Origin: Ruditapes philippinarum
Lineage: Eukaryota
Reading direction: 5' to 3'
Length of the DNA: 62,329 bases
Assembly: GCF_026571515.1 (NCBI RefSeq)
Contig: NW_026857622.1
Coordinates: forward strand, 62,001-124,329
The notes beneath the pieces were generated by a model. The model was not told the DNA's origin. It did no database searches and saw only the letters and a list, made by a program, of their open reading frames with translations. A program made the translations under genes and the position numbers. Every line of letters begins with the position of its first letter. Positions within the stretch are counted from its first letter, which is position 1. This document shows positions 49,626 through 62,329 of this stretch, one piece after another.

Positions 49626-51611
49626 CTTTGTTTTTAAAACATCGAAAAAAAAAACTATGTATAAAATTTGGCAAAATTGATACTTTTCATCAGCAACAAA
49701 AAAAAAACAACAGCACGAATGTTAAACTTCTTGAAAATGCGAACAGGGATTTTGATGAACTCTCCAAAATGTGTACATAAGCGTACGTTTTATGTATACA
49801 TTATCCAAGCTGCAAATAAAAAAGGGAACTAATCGGTTAGGTCATAATTCGTTGGTGTGTAAGATTTCTCTCCCATGCATTGTAATTGAACCAAGAAATC
49901 TAAAAATAACTCCAGTAATATTATGTCTATTACAGTCAGTTCCTGACAATCTTTACTCGTCTGCTCTTATCCAGTTTTGGAAGGCAAGGACAACATATAA
50001 GGTAAAAAATTTTTTTGCCGTTATTTGTTAATGAAAAATAAAATAATTCGCAATTCAATATGAACAATAACATATTTTGAAAAAATAATGCCCAAAGAAT
50101 TTCTGTCCGCGACCAAAACCCCGGATAATGTGTTTGGTGTAAGCTGGAATCCACAGGTTGCCGGAAGAAATGGTCAGCAGGACGGCTGTATAGCTCTGAA
50201 TGTCCGCACTACTTATTCACACATTTGTGCTTGGAAGATTGGGGTTACAAAATTTGTAAAGTCAATTTAAAGATCCAGGTAAATTACGGCAACACCGTGA
50301 ATAAAACCATTAATCATTAATGGTTTTATTCACGGTGTCAACAGTGTTGACAAAAGTACATGATGTACTTTTATTTGTAGTAATTCATAGTGATATTGGG
50401 GAGCTGAATAGAATTAATACTGGTCGCTATTCTGTTTCCGTTAAATTTTTTTGTAAGTGGTATTCACATAAAATTTTATAAAATAAGATTACTCTATAGC
50501 GGCAATGATCCATAGCAAATACTAATATATGTGTATTGTACTAAGGGGTGGAATAATTTGAAATGATTTTGACAAGGGAGCTTTTACTTTCTCAAACCAC
50601 ATTTTAACCGTAATCAATATAAGTGACAATATAGAAGCTTCTATATGTGTACGTTTGAAAAAGGTACTGACTTCCAAACATAGCTGTAATCAACGCTTTT
50701 AGTATACCAAAAATCTTTTATCTTTTTTTATTGGTGATGTTATCCAAGCTCGTCTAGTGTTTATTAGTGTTTAAATATAACAGAATGATACACAAAATAA
50801 TGAAACATTTATTGTTTTATTGAAGTGATCCGATACAATGTTGATGATTTTTATATCATGCACCTATGGATCTCTTCAGCACATATGGAGCTCAGATGGA
50901 ATTTTGACCAGCAAATCCTTTATTTTAAGACCAATTTCAATAAATGTTTCAATAAAGGTTTGTTTGAATGTTAAGCATCGTTTGGTGTTAAGATTTTGTG
51001 AAAACTCTGTATTTCGAATTAGTTCAGCAACATTTTGCCTATTTTGGGCACACCAGAACCCACGACAGTTACTCACGACGGAAAGAGTATCTTGATGAAT
51101 AAGAACTGCATAAAAATCCGAACAAAAATGGGTAAATATAGAGAAAAGCCAGGAAGGTAGAATAACATTTCGATTATCTTAAAAAAAAGCTTTGAATTTT
51201 ATATAAATGTTTAAAATGGTGAAAACTTACCCATTGCCTTGACTATTTTCTCCTTTACATATCGAATAAAAGCTCACATCTGGAGCAGCGGAAATTCACT
51301 CAGTTTTGAGATCCATACGGGGTTCCACACCCGTGTAATATATCTCCGCAAACAATGAAGACAGTTGCTAAAACATGGGGGAGTAACTGTTACACGGGGG
51401 ATGGAGTTCTTCCGAGTTCTTCTGATAACTGTCAAAGAGTTCGTCGGAAGAACTTCATCTTCCGTGTTACAGTTCCTCCCCCTTTGTGTTACGTATTTGC
51501 TGCATAACTTTACCATTTAGAACTAAGAATAGTCGAGCGCACTGTCCGACTGGCAGCTCTTATTGGAAGGCATTTCCATTCAAAATTCAAATGAGGCCAA
51601 TTGTTGAAACA

Positions 51612-51900
51612 GCCGTCCGGTTAGCTTAATAGGTAGAACATTGGACGGTGGATCGGGCGTTCCGGGGTTCGATTCCCGGACGGTGCAGGTCACTTTCATT
51701 GTGATTTATCATAAAATCGTATACATGTATGGTCATTTGCTATGGCATGTACAGAAGTTATCGGTTTCTTGGGAGTGAAGGCAACTGGTACTGGTAAACT
51801 GTTTGACAGCATGCCCTGGAACGATGTGTAACTGTGGTCTGGTGAATTCAAAGTGGCTTACTGCCTTGATCCGTAATGAAAACTACTACCACCACCACCA
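51612..51900 (+). mobile_element. tRNA(His-like)-headed SINE with an (ACC)n tail
   Basis: GCCGTCC..TAGCTTAATAGGTAGA..GTG..GGTTCGATTCCCGGACGGT cloverleaf-like head, non-tRNA body, simple-repeat tail; a split copy lies at 2143-2166 / 5791-5839. Confidence 0.75.
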
Positions 51901-53086
51901 TTGTGGAATAAAAACAATTAGAAGACAAGTGAATTAGTTTTTGGTTTTGAAAATGCTGAGGGTGGATGAGCTCGTGGTGCTTTCTTTAGTTTCTAAAACA
52001 ATTCATTTCTAATTTCCCGTTGATAAATGTAAGATCTAACCATAAAATTATAGTTCTAAATGTTGTCGTCGGCAAACACCGTTCAAACAAATTGGTAAAA
52101 ATATGAAAAAGAATACGGTAAAATCCATGAATAAATGTTGTCGGAATATGTCTAGCTCCTCTCTAAATCTACATGCATTTAATAATGTTTTATTCAGACA
52201 TATACAGAAATATAGACATTCTAACATATCAGTTATGTTTTCTTCGGGTATACAGCAACATGATTAAGGGCTCAAACAATGTTGAAAGAAAAGTCATTTT
52301 GAACGATGTTTATTAAATTTCGAAAGATATTTACATGTTTTTCATAATTATATTTTCATCATAAAGGATAGATAAAGACATTATCGAGAAAACGTTTGGC
52401 AGTTTGTCGTCGTCGGGAATTATGCCGCCTGCAAAATGTCAGTATTAGTACATAAACAATGTTTAAATGAAAGGTATATGTTCCAGATTTGTTAAGTTAA
52501 CAAACGGGAAATATCCATGTGCATTTTTGTTTTAAATGTTTGATGTATAAAAATATATTAATAAAAAAAGAAATTTTGACACTATTACATCTGACATTTT
52601 TTTGTTGTCATCAGGATATAGAGCAGCAAGATTTAAGTGCACAAAAGTCAGTTTTAACAAATGTCGTCGGAATGAAATACATGTATATTAAGTTCCAGCT
52701 CTGCGTGTTTTCAGTATGTTGTTTCCATAAAAACAATGTAAATATAACACAAAAAATCTAAATATTTAAACATCTGATGGTTTTGTTGATGTCGAGATAT
52801 ACAGTGGCTAAAAGCATGCTCCTGTTTTCGTTGGTGAAGAAAATTTATTTTTAGCCGGATGCCGTCGTGAGTCGCTAAGTTCAACGGAATATCTATATGT
52901 ACTCCTTCATAGGCTTATGTTTTGTTCATAAATATCTTCTTATACAAAAATATTAACATTTTAACATTTAATAGTTCTGTTGTCGTCGGCAGTTACAGCA
53001 GCAAAATGTCAGGTCCTTATGGTGGAAGAAATGTCATAGTTAGCGGGTTTAAATTAACGCTACGGAATATCTAAATGTATCCTTAA

Positions 53087-53418
53087 AGGCACATTATGCT
53101 CCAAAAATGCTTTTATGATTATTCCTCAATTTAAGTTTTTATTTTTTATTTTTGGTGTCCTGTTATAGCAACAGTTTCTCATTGGTCATTTAAGTGAACC
53201 TTTTTTTGCTTCTGTTAGTACAGTTTTAGTGATTTAGTACTTTGTATGGAAGTCAAAATACTACTTTTTGCTACTTTTATGACAATACGAGTCGCTACTT
53301 TCTTCAGGTGAAAATCATATAAACATGCTCTCAAATCGTTATTTAAATATTATAAGCTGATGTTTGCCCTTTCTAATAAAAGGGAAAAAAATATTCATTT
53401 TTGAGGCATAATGTGCCT
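53087..53418. mobile_element. Kolobok-like MITE, same family
   Basis: TTAA|AGGCACATTATGC ... GAGGCATAATGTGCCT|TTAA. Confidence 0.8.
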
Positions 53419-54666
53419 TTAATGTTGTATTCTAAACATGTACATATATCTTTAAAAAACAGGCTTGTAAATATTCTAAGTTTTTCTAAATATTTTAGTT
53501 TTTTCCCTTCCTTCGGGAGGAAAATACAAACACTTACATGTAATGTGCATGCATTTAGCATTTTGTTTACTTTATTTTCATATTTTCAGTGTAGGTCTAT
53601 TTAATGCATTTTAAAAGATGTAAACAAAATGAACACATCAAGAAGTGTTAGTTTTTGCTGTCTTGACATTACAAGACATACTATAAAGTGGATTGGTCTA
53701 CGAGAATTCGAAAAGTTTCAAATATTGGGGGAAAAACAACAACGACAAAACAACAACAACACCCTAACAAAACAAAACAAACAAACAAAACAAATAAATA
53801 AACAAAACAACAACATAGAAAAAATAACCCTTTGAATACCCAAATGAAATAATTTTTTGACAAAAAATGGTTTTACATAGTTTTCTAAATAAAATTTTTT
53901 ACGACCCTTTAAATTAAAATGATAAATAATAAAATTTTTTGTTCCATCTGCTAATTAAAAAAAAACAAAATGAAATTTAAAAGAACGATTATGTAAAAAA
54001 CCCTAAACAAAATTCATTTAAGATTTTTTTTCGTGATTTTTTGTTTAAAATTTTTATTATTATATAACCTTCTTTGCGAAACCCAAATTTACCCTTTGGA
54101 AAAATTAAAAATGTCTTAGCAAATAGCAAGTAAACACAAGAGCTTGATAGTTTTGCAGGAATAAATTGAGCAAACCGAAGTCACCCAGAAACAATAAAGT
54201 GACCATCATTGCGTACGCACCCTTTAAGAAGCTTTTTGAATATACGCTACCGTTACTTTAAAGCTGCATGCCTCCCGATGAGCCGAAATATTAAGTAAAA
54301 TCAAACACCAAGATTTTAAGAAAAGTAAAAAAATTTAAGACTCAAGTTAAGTACGAATGATGACTGACTTTGGTACTTTTCATCATACCTTATAGCTATT
54401 TTTCCTTTTTTTCACCTCTATTTTGATAATTTTAGTGGACTGTACGTGCCGTTTGCAATGTGAAAATAACTTTCTTTGCTCATTTCTTTGACATATACAG
54501 TTTCAAAATTTTCGTGAAATTTAGCATGAATCTGGAGGCTTTCAGAAAGTGAAGGCAGTGAAACATTCGGCGGATGTGCAGGAGAGTAATGATGGCGATG
54601 GTGATAATGATGACGACGACGACGAAACGATGTCTGAGCACTGTTTTGTAACTTGTGATTTACAAA

Positions 54667-54701
<35 letters not shown>

Positions 54702-57538
54702 ATACTAAGTGACTAAATTAAGATTTATTCCGCCAACGATGAAGTTGTTTTTGAGATGATGATGTTAACTTAATGTATACACTAATTAATTAACAGAAGT
54801 TGCCGCTGATGATGCTATGGTTGTTGCTACATTTTTTGTTGTTGTTGATAATGATGGTGGAGGTGTTGGTGATAAGAATGCCGCTGCTCTAGCTAGTAAA
54901 AATGATGTTAACAATGATGATGTTGTTGATGATGACTTTGCTGATTACAACAGAGACGTTAAAATACAAAAATTGTAATTAAATATGGCAATGCCGCTGA
55001 TAAGGCTATGGCTGTTGCTACAGTTGTTGTTATTGTTGTTGATGATGAAGGTGGTGGTGGTGCGAATGCCGCTGCTCTATCTAATAATGTTAATGATGAT
55101 GTTGCTGACAATGCTGAGGATGTCGTTGCTGCTGCAGCTGACGATAACATAGTGATGATGACTTAAGTTAAACCCGCAAACGTTTAATATTCTCAAACGT
55201 TATAAAAGCTCTGTTGGAGGTTTAACTATGTAAATCCCGATTGAAACCAAGATTTTCTCCCCTTTAGCTGTTTCGTATAGCTATCATCCCATATTCCCCT
55301 GCCAGAGCCTCTCGTGTACAAAATAGCCCGCAATCGAAAAAAGTAGTCCGCATTGAAATTTATTAATCGAAAGCTTGTTTATATAAATATTTTTGTAAAA
55401 ATGTTAATTGATATCGAAATAAATTCAAATCTTAATTATTTTTATCAATTATTAATTGTAAACATATTCGTTTATTCAATTACGAAAAGCAGGTGCCCTG
55501 GTATACGCGCGCAGGAATATCAATTAAGGTCAACATTGTGTAAAGTTCTGCACAAAGGAAAGTAGGATATGTACCGTGTGTGTAATTGAATGAATACGCG
55601 AATCTTGACAATGTCTTTTAAACTTTGAATATATGTTTGTGTTTGGGGATCGGATTGACGGTTAGAGGATTATTTAGATTTAAATAAATCAGCCCTCATT
55701 TGGATACGGCCTCAAAATGGATACACGATTTCCAGGGTAAGTATCGCTGTCCAAAAATCAGACTGCCAAATTCAGCAAAACATATACGCCATGTCAGTGC
55801 TTCGGATTTTAACTTTAAACTAAGCAAGGATTCCCCATGGATTTCGGGTAATTTGCGCGTTGATCGGATGAAAAAACTAGACGAATCGTTAGAATTAATG
55901 TCTTCTTATTTAATATGTAATGTCATTTTAGGGGTAACATCCGCGTATATTGCTTAAAAAGGGGAATCTCTCGCATATGGGTCAGTTAAATTTCGGTGTT
56001 TGGGCGCCGCTATGTCTGGTCCGACAATCTTTTTCTCTAAGTCACGTGACTTGAAATTTTACACCTTGAAGTTGTCGCGGTTTTCGATAAAGAAAATTGT
56101 GTATTGAGTAAAGCAGTACTATAAGGCATCGTTGTAAAAGTTTTTTTAAAAAGCAGTGTTTTTTTTTAAGTTTGACCCAGATATGTGTTTTGTTTTTCAC
56201 CAGTCAGATTCACAGGTGCAGTCCGGTTGACATTTAAAACACACTGTGTGGTGCCAAGTTCAAAAGTAAATCATGAGTGAATCCATTCTGAAAATCTAAG
56301 GTTTATAAAATAATATACATGAAAAGATCTTGCTCATAAATTCCTTTTAGTAGCTGAATCATATACATTTTCAAGTTTCTTTGAACTTGACATAAAAACA
56401 ACAACAATAAACATCAGCATGTAATGTTTTAATTATCAACATTTTGAAAATTATGGCATTTTCTTGTTATAAAATAAATGTTAAAAAATCCTCAAAATTT
56501 GTAGAAGAATAAAAAAATGTTTAGTACTGTACTTCAGTCATTTCAATTTAAAAATAACTTGACAAAGTGCTATAGATCTATTTAATAATTTGAAACACAC
56601 TCAATTTAATTAAATTAGTTAATAGTTAATTAAAGTTAATTAAGCTTCATAATTGGTATATGTACCCAATTAACTGAGACTTTGTTAATTTCAATGTGAG
56701 GAATATTATACTGACCTTTAAATAGAGAATGCCAACATTGACAGTGTTATGAATGTTCTAATATTGATAAAAAAGTTAATGCTTATATTAAGTTATTTCA
56801 TAAATTGATTTGAATTTTCTACTAATAATAATTAAAAAGTATAAATTTATGAGTGAATGTACCCTATTATGAACTACTAAGTACTGACAAATTTTTCAGC
56901 TCAGCTAATGTCAGCTGTTAACTTTACATGGTTACATATATGGGTCTGGTGCCACTGTCAAAGATGCTTGCTATTGTACATTATGCCGGATAATTTGTAA
57001 ATATTTCTGCCCACAGTTAAATTGCTGAGGTCAGATCGAACCTAACTCGAAACTGGACAATCAGTATTCATATTTTTTATCATACGGAGCAAGAAAAACA
57101 TTTTCCCCTACTGCAAAAAAAAGCAAAAATTTAAATTTTAAAAATTTATAATTATTTTTAAAAAATGATATCTCCTTTCATATACCTTTTATATGTAATG
57201 TGTACTTTATAATAAAATCAGTGAAATATTTTTTCTTTTTTCTTAAAATCATTGTTTCGCCTATCCCCAGACCCCCATGGGGAAAAAGTGCCACAATAAC
57301 CCCTTAAAAGGATTTTTTTCAGTTTTTTGCTAAACCTTTTATTTCCTTTTGTAGTTTTTAGACTCCACAAAATAGTTTTAAAACATGTAAACCCGTTCAC
57401 ATTACAAATATTTTTCCCGTACAATGACCTTTTTAAAAAAAATAAAAATTTTTCTTAAAAAATCATATGTCTTACATGTATATAAGTTCCATTCTGTTCA
57501 TATAATTTATATCCCCTTTGCAAATAATCCTTGTTTAT

Positions 57539-57608
<70 letters not shown>

Positions 57609-58979
57609 TTACAAAAAATGACATGCCATGCAAATCCATTAATAAGTATGAAAAATTCTTGTGAGAAAAAAATTCTTTTAATTAATTTAATTTCCCCACG
57701 TTCAACTGTGTCTTTGACCAGATGAAAAATGCTCTGTGAATTTTTATATAAATGGCCAGTACGTGTATAATTATAAAATATGTATGGCTGTGAACATCAA
57801 CATGCCTGTATGGTTTTATATGTATATAAATAGTTCGGTATGACCTTTAATATGAATGAAAGACAAAACATGTGTGGAGGGAAAAACCCTCCCTGAAAAT
57901 ATCTGGGTGCCATGCTTTTATCGCGTGTTTTTGCCAGTTCATGGGTCTTGTGTACACGGCCCTGTGTGCTGGAATTCATCGAGGTTTTTAAAATCTTTGG
58001 GGGTTTTATGTTGTATGTAATATCAACGTACAACATATGTTTGGTTTTGGCTTTAAAAAAAAAATCCACAACAAAATTAGGCCTGTAAAAAATTGGGTTC
58101 AAGCTGGTTTTTGAAGTTGAATTATAATTTATATAGTTGGGAACCCAATTGGTGTTTTCAATTAAAAAAACAACAACAACAATTGCATTGTCATGGGTTT
58201 TAAAGTGATTGGGCCATCATTTGTATTAGGCAAAATTTTTTTAAAAAACACTTTGTAAGTAATTAATCAAGCAAAAAATTTTAATACAATTCTTTTGTTA
58301 AAATTTTTTTTATATTTTTTGTGTTGATTAAAAATATTTGGTATGATACTGTAAGCTCCCAAGCACTGACAATACTACCATCATTATTGAATTGAAAACA
58401 TTTTGGTGTTCCAGCAGGGCAAGCAGGCTATATAAAGCATTAAAAATAAGTAGTTATTATTGTTTTAAGCATGAAAGAGATGCAAATTTTTTGTTGAAAT
58501 AATCTATATGAAGTTTAAAGGCTAATTGATAAGATAATAGTTTAAGATAATATACATGTATGTTCTGTTAAAATATCCTCTGTAGCTACATGTTCAGTCT
58601 ACTGAATATAAAGATAATAAATTTAGATAAGGTTTCCATAATGTGTAAGACTGTCTAGATTTTCATAGATTTCATCAATTAAAGAAATATAAATTATTTT
58701 AAAGAAAAACAGCATGACTTGACTATATAGATTTATAAGTAAGCAATTCATATTAATAAATTATATGATTTTATTTTTTTCATAAATTATTTTGGTATAA
58801 AGTTTAAACTGAGAAAAAAAAAAAGAAAAATGACCTAAAAACCCAATTTTGAATGATCAAAATCGAAGAGCTAGATTGAATAAATGGATTTTTTCAAGTT
58901 CCGAAAAGTCCTTTTCAAATTTTGGGCCAAAAAGGTGAAAATTTAAAAAAAGGTTAACCAACACGTAGAGCCTGCATGG

Positions 58980-59235
58980 AGGGGCGTTCTTGGCTGAATG
59001 GTTAATGTTGTTGACCACTATGGGTTCGAATCTCAGCATAAACTTTCATGTGAGGAAGCTATATCCAGATAGTTTACAGAATGTCATTGCTTCTCCTCAG
59101 GCACCTGTTTGTGCCTGAAATAGTGCACAGAAGAGCACCTACATGTAAGCACCTACATGTAAGGCCTTCCTTCGCCTGTAAAGTTTGAAAGTCGCCATAT
59201 GATATATACTGTGTTGGTGTGACTTAAAACCCTAC
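58980..59235 (+). mobile_element. Meta-type tRNA SINE (bivalve family); fragments also at ~21025-21150 and ~46840-46910
   Basis: TGGCTGAATGGTTAA..GGGTTCGAATC..TTCATGTGAGGAAGC..GAAAGTCGCCATATGA..GGTGTGAC.TAAAACCC. Confidence 0.75.
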
Positions 59236-62200
59236 CAAAAATAAGCTTGCAATGTCAGACAGTACAAAAAGTGTTTCAGCAGCATAGATGAAAAATATTT
59301 TATGCCAATTAAATTGCGGCCTTTTATAATTTTTGATTGTCTCACTCTGGTGGCATAGAATAAAAGACATGTCGTTGTTGCCTCTATCTCCTGAAATAGA
59401 TCTTAGTTCATTTCAAGTACAAAAAAGTTATGTTTAGATCGGTCAAATATTGTTTTTTGTCTTATGAAAAGCCATGTTGTTCAAATATAATAGATTTTGA
59501 TATTAATAATATACGTAAATAGAATATTGTAGACTAGCCGACAAAATTCTTAGAAAAACTTTTTAAGTAAAACAAAATTCCACAAAATGAAACAAAAAGT
59601 GTTTTAATTTTGTATGCATTTTAAAAATTATTAAATTACGTACTTTAGGAAAATGAAATACCTATTAAAATCGTTAAAATTCTGAGTGTACTTTTTCAAA
59701 TGTTCAAATCTATGGTAATAACATTTGTATTTTTTATAAAAAAAAAGGAAATACCTGATTTCAATTTTTGTTTTGGTTTTTTTTTTTTTGGAGGATGTAA
59801 ATGTTGACTCAGTTTCCAGTATATATATGTTTATATATATTGTAACCTTAGTGCAATAATTTGGTTAACCCCCAAAAAAAATTTTTAGGGGGGGACTTAA
59901 CACATTTCAGCACAAAGGTAAACGAATATTTTTTTGGGGGGTTTTTAACCAAATTAATCATGTTGAAAGGTATAACCATTTTAAAAAAACTTCAAAAAGT
60001 GTTGAATTTGGGTTTCACCGATCTGGATAAAGTGAACTTGATCAAAGGAAAAATTTTTGGGGTGAATCAAATAAAAAAAAAAATACATAAGTCTCTACAC
60101 ACCTTTCTTAAACATTTTTTTAAAGTTTAGGGGAAAATTTTGTTACGAGAGTTTTTTTTTTATATTTTTTGCATCCCATATGCCAAAAAAAATAGACACA
60201 CTTTTCTTTAAAATTTAAAATTTTATGGAAATTTGATTTGTTGTTCACATTTAAATTTTGGTTTTAAATTTAAATTTTAATCTTTTTTCTTTAAAAATAT
60301 TTTGTAAATTTAAAAATATATAAAATTTTAGGGGCTACATTTGTAGCCAATATACAAAAATTTAAAGGGTGAAAAATGGACACTTTGACAAGTTTTTTTT
60401 AGATTAAATTTTCAAAAAATTTAATTCGGGGCCCTTTCTTTTTGGGAGTCTTTCCCCTTTTAATTTTTTGGTTTGGTGACTTCCAAAATCAAATTTACTT
60501 TTTCCTTCTTTAATTTTGGTCATGTGATTTCCCTTTATCAGAAAATTGCAGTATCTGATTTTAAAAAATTTTTTAAAACTTAATGGAAAACCCCCGAAAT
60601 TTAAAATTTAAATTTATTAGGGCATTTTGGGATTTAATTTTTATGGTATTGATTAATCTGAACTGTATGCCCCAATTACCCAAAATTTCTTTGATTTTTT
60701 GAACAAAAATTTTATTTACGATAAAACAATCCCGTCATTCAATGTTTTAATAAAATTTTAAAAAAAATTTTGGGGGTGTTCCCCTTTCTTGGGAAAAACC
60801 CTTAAAAAATAAAATTTTAATTTTTTAATTTTTTTGTGTCTGATATATCATTTAGTATTTTTAAAAATTTCTAAGGTAAAATTACTTTAAATTTAAAAAA
60901 AGTCTCATTTTAAATTTTTAAAAACGAAAATTTTTTTTCTTTATTTTGGTTAACAAATACATAATAGGGTTTTTTTATCAAAAAAAAAAAAAAAACCTCG
61001 TAAAATCAAGTTTCAGTCTTTGTGTTTTTGTTTTAAAGATCAAATTTAAAAAGCCACAGATGATTTTGGGGTCGCCTTTTTAAAAGCATTAAGGGCAGGC
61101 TTGGGGCTGAATTTTATACAAATTACTACTACCCAGACCGTTTGTACGCGTTTTGGGCCTTTGGGTTTTTACTGTCTATACTAAGCTTGTCCGTAAAAAG
61201 GTTTTTATTTTATCGAAAGCAACGACCCTAACCCAAAAAACCTGTCGCTCAGGTCAAAAGGGCAATGCATTTCGATTGTCATACATGTAAAACGTTGACT
61301 CTTTTGGGGGCATAAAATACCTGCGTGTCGTGTGTCTGAAGTGTGTCGGGGTTTTATGACTGAATTTTTTATGTCCGTTTTATGAAAGTTTGACAGTCAA
61401 AATGTTACACACTTGAAGCTTGTTGTTGAATTAGTAGAACAATTTGTGCACTGTTAAATAAATCATAACTTAGTATTATTATTTAATCAATTTTAGAAGC
61501 ATAAATGCTGCTACTTGTTTATTGAGTGGAGAGGAATCTTTAAATTCCAGTATTAAAATGAATGTAATATAATAATAAATTAAATTTGTCACCTTAGCGC
61601 AATAACTGATTAACTATTATTAAATTTAGAAGGACTTATTCTGTTATTGCACTATGGCAACATATTATGTAGTTTTCATCAGTTTTAAAGAGAATGCTTT
61701 GTTTCGCAAAAAAAAAGAAGATAAATGCGTAAGAACTACCATAAAACTGACATAAAACCATACTTGGTTTTATTATCAAAGGAAAATGTCTGCTAAAGAT
61801 CGAATAAAAAAAAGACGATGCATGTCTACTAAACTATTGTTTATTTTCTAAATTCAAACAATGTCCTGATGAAATTCTGTGCGATGAATAATTTCCCGAG
61901 GGTTTTACGGAATTTTTTTGATATTTCTCTTGTATTTGGCAAAATTCAGTATTTTCATTTTGCTGTATGTTGTAAGATTGTGCTCATGAGAAAAATGCAG
62001 TGTCTGAAATTTTATCAAGCATGTTTTCGTCTATATGCATGTATTTGCAATTACACATTTAAATGTGTATAATTATATGAGTAAATGTGGAATAAATAAT
62101 ATATATATTACATGTAAATGTGTAATTACAAGTATTGTTTTGTTGTGCAATTAATTATTATAATTGTGAAATAAAATGTGTAATTACATACATGTGTAAT

Positions 62201-62329
62201 TGTATGATTATTTGTGTTACTGTGTATTTACATGTATAAATGTGCAATTAAATGTGTAATTGTATAATTATATGTGTAACTGTGAAATTTATATGTTATA
62301 AATGTTCAATTTCATGTATTGTTTTTTAT

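Noticed and set aside
51612-51686. Functional tRNA-His gene
   Set aside because: Mismatched D and anticodon stems, continues into a SINE body and tail, and has a dispersed degenerate copy.
54590-55160. Ala/Ser/Thr-rich minus-strand ORF
   Set aside because: Degenerate (GAT/GTT/GCT)n low-complexity tract with an internal duplication and no exon support.
59700-61320. Unusual homopolymer-rich sequence (also ~53860-54110 and ~57100-57700)
   Set aside because: Pattern typical of low-coverage long-read consensus error, not biology.

Overview
AT-rich, repeat-dense animal genomic DNA with N gaps. The SINE, MITE and Helentron-like repeat families suggest a bivalve mollusc (inference). Almost every ORF in the six-frame track is spurious; the real genes are spliced and were reconstructed by reading GT-AG exons. 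(1) Minus strand, ATG at 9894: coding exons 1-5 of a Golgi alpha-mannosidase II (GH38, MAN2A-like), continuing off the left edge. (2) Plus strand, 12354-32628, head-to-head with (1): a 15-exon secreted protein made of a signal peptide, four tandem 12-Cys three-finger (Ly6/uPAR-like) domains each encoded by an identical 3-exon phase 1-0-0-1 cassette, a Thr/His/Pro linker, and a C-terminal non-canonical C-type lectin domain. The third loop of these domains carries (G)KR...KR dibasic sites, suggesting proinsulin-like excision of a connecting peptide; this is the most notable observation. (3) Minus strand, about 45720-35046, tail-to-tail with (2): a small single-sushi (CCP) type I membrane protein. 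Genes 2 and 3 each have apparent indels that may be consensus errors. The rest is Sola-like, Kolobok-like, TA-TSD and Harbinger-like non-autonomous DNA elements (some nested), tRNA-derived SINEs, minisatellites and low-quality homopolymer-rich sequence.
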